This document shows positions 58,241 to 64,000 of a DNA stretch of 64,000 nucleotides, piece after piece. A model generated the notes under the pieces. It worked only from the letters and a program-made list of their open reading frames with translations. It searched no databases and was not told where the DNA came from. The stretch is taken from assembly GCA_040767085.1 (NCBI GenBank), contig JAXGPF010000009.1:32001-96000 (forward strand), given 5' to 3'. Position numbers and translations under genes: made by a program. Position 1 is the first letter of the stretch; every line of letters begins with the position of its first letter. Source of the DNA: Kiritimatiellia bacterium (GTDB lineage: Bacteria; Verrucomicrobiota; Kiritimatiellia; JAAZAB01).

Positions 58241-58666
58241 TTAATTCATGACCGGGCCTTTCTTCAAGATCAGGTTGCCGTCGCGCTCGGCGGTCATGAC
58301 CACGGCATAGGCCCGTCCAGCCCGCTCGTAAAAGGCGAACCGCTCGACCAGATCAAACGCAGGCACAGGGCATTTTTGCGCCGCGAATGCCTCGCGAAAT
58401 TTTTCGTAAGAAGCCGGCTCCGATGCGCTCCAGGGACGGTAATCCATGACCGCCGCCGGATGCTTGACGAATGAATCCAGCGGGAAGAACGGCAGGATGG
58501 CCGCCAGCAAATCGGTTAAAGGCACTCCGTCGGCCCGGATCAAATGCCGGGCCAGGGTCGGGCCGGGAAAATCGGCGTCGGCCAGCACGATTTCATCGCC
58601 ATGCCCCATGCTCATCAGGGCATGCATCAAGTCCGGGGAAATGCAGGCTGGAATATTGCGTAACAT
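58241..58666 (-). CDS. fucU: RbsD/FucU family sugar mutarotase (L-fucose mutarotase-like)
   Basis: ML.NIP..ISP.L…L..MGHGDEIVLADADFP, PLD.F, ERFAFYE, GNLILKKG. Confidence 0.88.
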   Translation of the reverse strand: MLRNIPACISPDLMHALMSMGHGDEIVLADADFPGPTLARHLIRADGVPLTDLLAAILPFFPLDSFVKHPAAVMDYRPWSASEPASYEKFREAFAAQKCPVPAFDLVERFAFYERAGRAYAVVMTAERDGNLILKKGPVMN

Positions 58667-58675
58667 GTTGTGGCG

Positions 58676-58731
58676 GGTTTCGGGTTCACGGTTGCATGGT
58701 TCACGGTTCCAGGTTCACGGTTGCATGGGTT
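58676..58731. repeat. 7-8 bp degenerate tandem repeat (GGTTCAC/GGTTGCAT), about 8 units
   Basis: ggtttcg ggttcac ggttgcat ggttcac ggttcca ggttcac ggttgcat gggtt. Confidence 0.8.
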
Positions 58732-58827
58732 GGGCAACATATGGTTCATGCTGAAAACTTTTTTCTTTGCGTTCCTTGTGCTCTTTCGCGGATAAATTTT
58801 TCAGGCTTCTGCGGTTTTCTTCCGTCC

Positions 58828-59955
58828 TCACGGCGCCACCATCGCCTTGACGATTTCCCGGCCGTCCAGAACTCCATCGCCGCCCACGGCGGCCAGCGCG
58901 CGCGGCAAGTCTTCCAGCGCCACCCGGTGCGTAATCAGTTTTTCCAGCGGGATACGCCCGTCTGCGATCAACGGCAAGGCCCGGACGAAATGCTCGGCCT
59001 CGTTGTCAAAACTGCCGATCATGCGAATACCCTTGGCCAGGAGGTCGGTGCAGGGATTGAATGGAAATGTTCCCGAATCAACGAAATTGCCCACTTCCAC
59101 CACCGTCCCGCTGTTGCGCACGAATCCCAGGCATTCCTGGAAGGCGGGCGCCGATCCGACGGTGTTGATCACGACGTCCGCGCCCTTCAGATTCAGCGAA
59201 TGCTCAAAAACGTACTGGCGGCGTTGCCCGGCATCCGGCAGGTCCATGGAACAAATGGTGAAATCGGCGCCCATGGCGCGCGCCAGTTCCAGGCGTTTCC
59301 GGTTCTTGCGCCCGGTGGCAATCACACGCGCCGCGCCGGCCAGTTTGCTGCAGCCGATGGTGAGCAACCCGATCGGCCCGCAGCCCTGCACCACGACGGT
59401 ATCTCCGATTTTTATATTGGCATGCAGCATGGAATGCACCACCACCGCCATCGGCTCGAGGAATGCCGTGCGTTCCGCGCTGGTTTCGGATTTCAGCACC
59501 ACCGAATCAGGATCGTGGATGTAAAGGTAATCGCCGTAACCGCCGGTGAAATGCGGCTCACGGTCGGCGCGCGGCCAGGTGCCGTAGGTCTTCCAGTCGG
59601 TGCATTTCTCGGGCGTCTTGGCGATCGTGCAGAAATAACATTGATGGCAGTGAATGGCGGGACAGACCCCGATCCGGTCGCCGATCCGCAACGGCCGGCC
59701 GATATAATCGCTGGTAACGCCGGCGCCCAGCGCCGCCACCGTGCCGGAGATTTCATGCCCCAGGCTGATGGGATACTCGCAGCCGACCGCCTCGGCCGGC
59801 GCGCGCCAGGTATGGTAATCGGTGCCGCAGATGCCGCACAACTCGATTTTCATCAGGATGGCGCCCGGCGCCGGATCCGGCACCGGATAATTCCCGATCA
59901 CAAAATCACCCTGCGGCGCCGCCAACAAACTCGCCCTGCCCGTATGCTTTACCAT
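58828..59955 (-). CDS. Zinc-dependent medium-chain alcohol/polyol dehydrogenase
   Basis: CGICGTD, GHEISG, C..C..C…C structural zinc site, EP, GCGPIG. Confidence 0.92.
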   Translation of the reverse strand: MVKHTGRASLLAAPQGDFVIGNYPVPDPAPGAILMKIELCGICGTDYHTWRAPAEAVGCEYPISLGHEISGTVAALGAGVTSDYIGRPLRIGDRIGVCPAIHCHQCYFCTIAKTPEKCTDWKTYGTWPRADREPHFTGGYGDYLYIHDPDSVVLKSETSAERTAFLEPMAVVVHSMLHANIKIGDTVVVQGCGPIGLLTIGCSKLAGAARVIATGRKNRKRLELARAMGADFTICSMDLPDAGQRRQYVFEHSLNLKGADVVINTVGSAPAFQECLGFVRNSGTVVEVGNFVDSGTFPFNPCTDLLAKGIRMIGSFDNEAEHFVRALPLIADGRIPLEKLITHRVALEDLPRALAAVGGDGVLDGREIVKAMVAP

Positions 59956-59974
59956 ATTTTATTATCCTTGCAAT

Positions 59975-60079
59975 TTTAACCACCCGCTGCGCTGGAGTGC
60001 ACGAATCAAAACGAGATTAAAAAAGCATAGATTTCCCATATTCCCGGGCTTCGTACGCTCCGTGTCCTCTGTGGTTAAA
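59975..60079. repeat. MITE-like element with 9-bp terminal inverted repeats
   Basis: TTTAACCAC (59975-59983) / GTGGTTAAA (60071-60079); left end similar to 47781-47809. Confidence 0.6.
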
Positions 60080-60089
60080 TTTCCTCAAC

Positions 60090-60674
60090 CTATTCATCCT
60101 CGACATTGAAATCCATGTAGCCGTCCAGGTTGGTATGCCGTTTGGCCATCCGGGCGGCCGTGATGCCTAGTTTTTTCATCAACAACTGGATGACGATGTC
60201 CTCGAAAACAAAAATGGTCTGTTCGAACAGCGCCGCCATGGGCTGGACGGACGGGATTTCATACGGCCGGCCGCCATGCACCTGGCCGCGCAATGACACG
60301 GTGAAATCGCACAAGGCCGCGGCCTTGGAATTTGGATTGGCGGTAATGGCGGCCACCCTGGCGCCGGCGCGCTTGGCAAAACCCATGACCGTGTAGCCGA
60401 TGGTCGTGCAGGCCGCATTGACCAGCAGCAAATCGCCCGCCCCGATATTCGGACAGGTGGTGTCGAACACCACGTGGGCATCCAGGCCCATGTGCATCAA
60501 GCGCATGACAAACGCCCGCACGGCGCATTTCATCCGGCCCATGCCGAAGACCTGGATGCACCTCGCGGCGGCCAGCGCATCGAGCAGTTTTTCGACCTCA
60601 TCGTCCCTGACATCCAGCAGCACCTGGCGGTGTTCTGCCAGCACCATTTCCGCCAATTTTGTATATTCCGACAT
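60090..60674 (-). CDS. SIS-domain sugar-phosphate isomerase (6-phospho-3-hexuloisomerase/HxlB-like)
   Basis: I.V.G.GR, F.MRLMH.G, I..GDLL, IT.NP.S, QPM..LFEQ, HTNL. Confidence 0.85.
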   Translation of the reverse strand: MSEYTKLAEMVLAEHRQVLLDVRDDEVEKLLDALAAARCIQVFGMGRMKCAVRAFVMRLMHMGLDAHVVFDTTCPNIGAGDLLLVNAACTTIGYTVMGFAKRAGARVAAITANPNSKAAALCDFTVSLRGQVHGGRPYEIPSVQPMAALFEQTIFVFEDIVIQLLMKKLGITAARMAKRHTNLDGYMDFNVEDE

Positions 60675-60688
60675 AATCCCTCCCGAAC

Positions 60689-62023
60689 TCATATTTTCCG
60701 GCGTTCCCCGGGCATGGTCGGAAACTCGATTGATTGCGCCAATTCGAGCACGGCGTCCAATTGATCAAACACCTTTCTGAAAGCCGCGGCGATTGCTTCC
60801 ATTAATTCCCGGCCATTGGGCGGGAACACGTAATTGATGCAGAACGACCGGTCGAACATATCCACGCAGACCGGGTAATCGAACGGATCGTATTGGATTT
60901 TGCGGGCCGCCGGCGCGGCGTGCGGGCAGTTCCAAGGGCAACCGTGGTTATACACGTTCTTGTGCAAAAACACCTTCTGGGCCGGCACAGGCATGTTGTG
61001 CCACTCGAAAGTCGGAACTCCCTCCTCAAACAACGCTTGCTGTACGGCCCAGCGGAAGCGTTTTGGATGGATGTTTTGAATGCCCAATTGCTCGGGATAC
61101 AACCGGACCTTGTAAAGGTGCCAGGCATGCACATACCCCTTGGGCGCTGTCGGCGGACGAACCCCCTTGATTTCAGACAATTCCCGGCACAAGTATTCGC
61201 AGTTGCGCACGCGCGCCGCCTGCAGTTTGTCGTAACGCTTCAAAAACGACCGGCACAAGGCGTCAGCCATTTCGTTGTTGCGGTAATTAAATCCCATCAT
61301 TTCGGCGTCATACAGCCGGATCATCCCGCGCGGCACGGCCTTCTCGCCGAACATCGCCATTTTGCGGGCGCGGTCCATCAATGCATCGTCGTTGCTGGCG
61401 ACGATCCCGCCTTCGCCCGCCGGCAGGTTTTTACTGCCATTCAGGCTGAAGCCGGCGATATCGCCCAGCACGCCCGCGCTCCTGCCCCGGTAGCGCGCGC
61501 CCGCGGCCTGGGCGGCGTCTTCGATTACCTTCAGTTTGTATTTGCGGGCAATCCGGTTGATGGCGTCCATGTCGGCGCACAAGCCATGGACATGCACCGG
61601 CAGCAGGGCTTTGGTCTTCCGCGTAATTTTGGCCTCGATTTTTTTCGGATCCATATTCATGGTGTCCGGATCAATATCAACGAACACCGGGATACCGTTA
61701 TGCGCCAGAATCGCCTGGCTGGTGGCCCAAAAGCTGTAGGCCGGCGTCAACACCTCGTCGCCCGGCCCGATCCCGCAGGCGGCCACACAGGCGTGCAAGG
61801 CCGCGGTACCGGAATTCACCACCAGCGCATGCCGGGCGCCGATGTAGCGGGCAAAATCTTCCTGCAAGCCCAGCACCTCGCGTTCCATCGGCCCCCACAG
61901 TACCCCGCGTTCCAGCACTTTGACGACTGCCCGGATATCCGACTGGTTGATAGGCGGCCATTGTTTCAGCATGCCCCTGGGGATGGTCCGCGGCCCGCCG
62001 TTAATCGCCAACTTAACGCTCAT
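60689..62023 (-). CDS. DegT/DnrJ/EryC1/StrS PLP-dependent sugar aminotransferase
   Basis: KLAINGG, NSGTAALH, PVFVDID, IEDAAQA, FSLNGSKNL..GEGG, GFNYR. Confidence 0.93.
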   Translation of the reverse strand: MSVKLAINGGPRTIPRGMLKQWPPINQSDIRAVVKVLERGVLWGPMEREVLGLQEDFARYIGARHALVVNSGTAALHACVAACGIGPGDEVLTPAYSFWATSQAILAHNGIPVFVDIDPDTMNMDPKKIEAKITRKTKALLPVHVHGLCADMDAINRIARKYKLKVIEDAAQAAGARYRGRSAGVLGDIAGFSLNGSKNLPAGEGGIVASNDDALMDRARKMAMFGEKAVPRGMIRLYDAEMMGFNYRNNEMADALCRSFLKRYDKLQAARVRNCEYLCRELSEIKGVRPPTAPKGYVHAWHLYKVRLYPEQLGIQNIHPKRFRWAVQQALFEEGVPTFEWHNMPVPAQKVFLHKNVYNHGCPWNCPHAAPAARKIQYDPFDYPVCVDMFDRSFCINYVFPPNGRELMEAIAAAFRKVFDQLDAVLELAQSIEFPTMPGERRKI

Positions 62024-62063
62024 GGTGGCTCCTTGTTTTTATTCCTCAATTTTATCCGCCGGC

Positions 62064-63467
62064 TTAGCCGGCCGAATTTACCCGGCTATGCAACTCGGCC
62101 AGCATGGCCGACACCTTGCCGAACATCATGTCGCCGGCTTCCGGCGCCAGGAAGGTGGACGAGAGCAGCATCGTTTCATAGCCGCCCGCGCGATCAAATG
62201 CCCGCCGGGTGGGCAGATAACCATGGCAGCCATTCGCCAGTGTGACGACGCCGGTATGCTTGAACGGCGAAGCCCTGGCCAGCGCCTCGCCCCACTCCGC
62301 GAATAATTCGCAAGGCAGAAACACCAGCGCCCAGTTGTCCTGCGCCAGGGCGGCCATTTCAAAATCCACCATCGGCGCCGCCTGGCATGTAACGGCCATG
62401 TCTTGTATCTCCCGGGCGTAAAAACCGGCCCAGTAAGCGCTCCGCATGAAATCGGCCAACGACAACTGGTCCGGCGGCAGGGAACCGAACATTTCCACCC
62501 CGTAATCGCTCAAGCGCGGCATGGGGCGACGCTCCTGACCGCGGGAGTGTTGGCGGGCCCAGGCCAGGAGTTCCGCGGGTATCGTCCGGCGAGGAAGCCG
62601 AATCTGCGCTCGGGCTGCCCGCAACCTACCCTGTCCGGGTTCCGCGCATTCCATTTGCCGCCAGGCGGCCGCAGCCAGTGACTCTCCCATGAATTGCGCC
62701 CACGCCGCGCCCACTTCCCGGCGCGATGAATCCAGCGGGTTAACCTGGCAGATGTTGCCGGCCGCGCCCTGCAGGAACATGGCCGGCGCGGCGCCGGTCC
62801 TGGCCATCAGGGCCGACTGGGCATATCCGGGATAATCGGCGCTGATGGCGGTATTGCGGCGTTCCATGACGGTGGCATGGCAGCCGAAATTCATAATTGT
62901 GCCCAAGGGCCGGCCGCCCTGGTCGCGGACCATCAACGTCCAGAGCCGGGATGAGTCGGGCCCTTCCGGCCGGACAATGTGCGGATTGGACTTCAAGGGA
63001 TGGGTTTCAACCGTCCCATCCGACATGATAAACCGGCGGTTGAAAGCCAGTCCGGGCGCCGCGCCGGACTGCGCGGTGATCATGGCGGGCTGCGCAATTT
63101 GCAAGGCTGCCGCCGCCGCCGCGCGCACGCGGTCCCGCACCAGACGCGCGTAACCGGCATCGCATTCCGCGCCGAGCACCGGCGCCAAACTCGGCGCGCT
63201 ATGGGTATGGGAAGCTGCCAGGAGGACGCATTCCGGAGGCACTTCCGCGGCGCGGGCGGCAATGCCGCGCAATTCCGCGGTCAAGTCCACCGGGAACTCC
63301 AGGACATCGGCCCCCATGATCAACGCCGCCGATCCGCCATCCTCCAAACGCATGGCGCAGAGGTGCAGCGGCAGCGCCACGCCTTTGGCGCGGCAATCGA
63401 AGGGCTGGCCGGCCAACGGCGCCGGCAAGGCGGGCGTAATGTCGATCCTGGCGCATCCCACCCGCAT
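62064..63467 (-). CDS. Neutral/alkaline ceramidase-like amidohydrolase
   Basis: G.ARIDITP, SHTHSAP, NRR, GP.D, NFGCHAT, ISADYPG, FLQGAAGN, P.E.F, GYLPT, GGYE; AGGAGG RBS. Confidence 0.8.
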   Translation of the reverse strand: MRVGCARIDITPALPAPLAGQPFDCRAKGVALPLHLCAMRLEDGGSAALIMGADVLEFPVDLTAELRGIAARAAEVPPECVLLAASHTHSAPSLAPVLGAECDAGYARLVRDRVRAAAAAALQIAQPAMITAQSGAAPGLAFNRRFIMSDGTVETHPLKSNPHIVRPEGPDSSRLWTLMVRDQGGRPLGTIMNFGCHATVMERRNTAISADYPGYAQSALMARTGAAPAMFLQGAAGNICQVNPLDSSRREVGAAWAQFMGESLAAAAWRQMECAEPGQGRLRAARAQIRLPRRTIPAELLAWARQHSRGQERRPMPRLSDYGVEMFGSLPPDQLSLADFMRSAYWAGFYAREIQDMAVTCQAAPMVDFEMAALAQDNWALVFLPCELFAEWGEALARASPFKHTGVVTLANGCHGYLPTRRAFDRAGGYETMLLSSTFLAPEAGDMMFGKVSAMLAELHSRVNSAG

Positions 63468-63507
63468 CAGGTCCCTCCTTCGGCGCCCCACGATGAGACA
63501 ATAACGA

Positions 63508-63559
63508 TTACATAAACGTTAACTAACGGTTAATGTAACACGTCGCGCGAGTATGTCAA
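63508..63559 (-). promoter_or_regulatory. Sigma70 promoter overlapped by an imperfect palindrome (candidate repressor operator)
   Basis: TTGACA (63559-63554)-16 nt-TACATT; inverted repeat TTACATAAACGTTA-AC-TAACGGTTAATGTAA at 63508-63538. Confidence 0.6.
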
Positions 63560-63675
63560 TATTTTTTTGTCATGCATTTTTGACACATTTATTGCGGGAT
63601 GCTTTGGAAATTATTTCACCATGTTTTGAAAATCTTAATAATTCCTTCAAGTCATCCGTCAAGTCACAACCAGGG

Positions 63676-64000
63676 TCAGGCGGATGCCCGGGGCAGTAAT
63701 TCCGCCGGCAATCGCACGCCTTCGGGCGCGGCGTCGGGATGGCGGATACGCCGCAACAGCAGCGCAAACGCCCGGGGGCCGATCTCCTCGGTGCGTTCCC
63801 GCACGGTGGTCAACGGCGCCGGCAGCAGATCGCTGCCATGCAAATCGCTGAAGCCGGCCAGCGCCATATCCCCCGGCACGTTCAATCCGCGTTGCCGGAG
63901 CGCGCGGTAGGCGCCGATCGCAACGGCATCGTTCACCGCCACGATCAAATCGGGCGAACTTTCGTCCAGCAGGCGATTGGCAGCATGGAAGCCGCTGGCT
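63676..64000 (-). CDS. LacI-type sugar-binding regulator, C-terminal part (truncated by window edge)
   Basis: AVND..A.G…ALR..G..VPGD.A..GF.D, PLTTV, L.PR.SA. Confidence 0.85.
   Translation of the reverse strand, partial: ASGFHAANRLLDESSPDLIVAVNDAVAIGAYRALRQRGLNVPGDMALAGFSDLHGSDLLPAPLTTVRERTEEIGPRAFALLLRRIRHPDAAPEGVRLPAELLPRASA

Noticed and set aside
58828-62023. Aminoglycoside/aminocyclitol biosynthetic cluster
   Set aside because: No cyclitol synthase, glycosyltransferase, NDP-sugar enzymes or resistance gene; the neighbours are hydrolases, favouring catabolism

Overview
GC-rich bacterial chromosomal window, mostly coded on the minus strand. It probably comes from a PVC-superphylum organism (Kiritimatiellota/Lentisphaerae-like); this is inferred from the MurC-MurB fusion, divergent FtsZ, two LpxA paralogs and secreted beta-helix proteins. 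Bases 1-40,200 are mainly housekeeping. They hold a decayed GntR/GH20 remnant, an ExeA/ExeB-TPR-ABC module, argH, ispA, an O-antigen ligase, a GntR-esterase pair, folB, a pteridine reductase-like SDR and a GT2. A partial division/cell-wall cluster follows (murG, murC-murB, ddl, ftsQ, ftsA, ftsZ), then UDG, pssA, a lone secretin gspD, lpxA, fabZ, tRNA-Ser(CGA), a URO-D-family gene with a nagD remnant, a second lpxA, radC, miaA, lspA, a DksA-like gene and ileS with a non-canonical HYGT/KISKS signature. A plus-strand operon encodes an ankyrin protein, PHP phosphatase, pdp, PNP, cdd and CCA enzyme. Bases 40,400-64,000 form a ~23.6 kb carbohydrate-utilisation island downstream of a LacI-family regulator. 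It encodes a ceramidase-like deacylase, DegT-type aminotransferase, SIS isomerase, Zn-dehydrogenase, FucU, a GH5-like enzyme, three paralogous secreted proteins with an unassigned clan-A-like catalytic core, two beta-helix proteins, a sialate O-acetylesterase and a GH95-like enzyme with altered catalytic residues. This island is the best candidate for an undescribed system: a pathway degrading an amino-sugar-containing glycan. No CRISPR array, integrase or transposase was seen. Several short non-autonomous repeat elements lie in intergenic gaps. All calls come from reading motifs by eye; no database searches were run.
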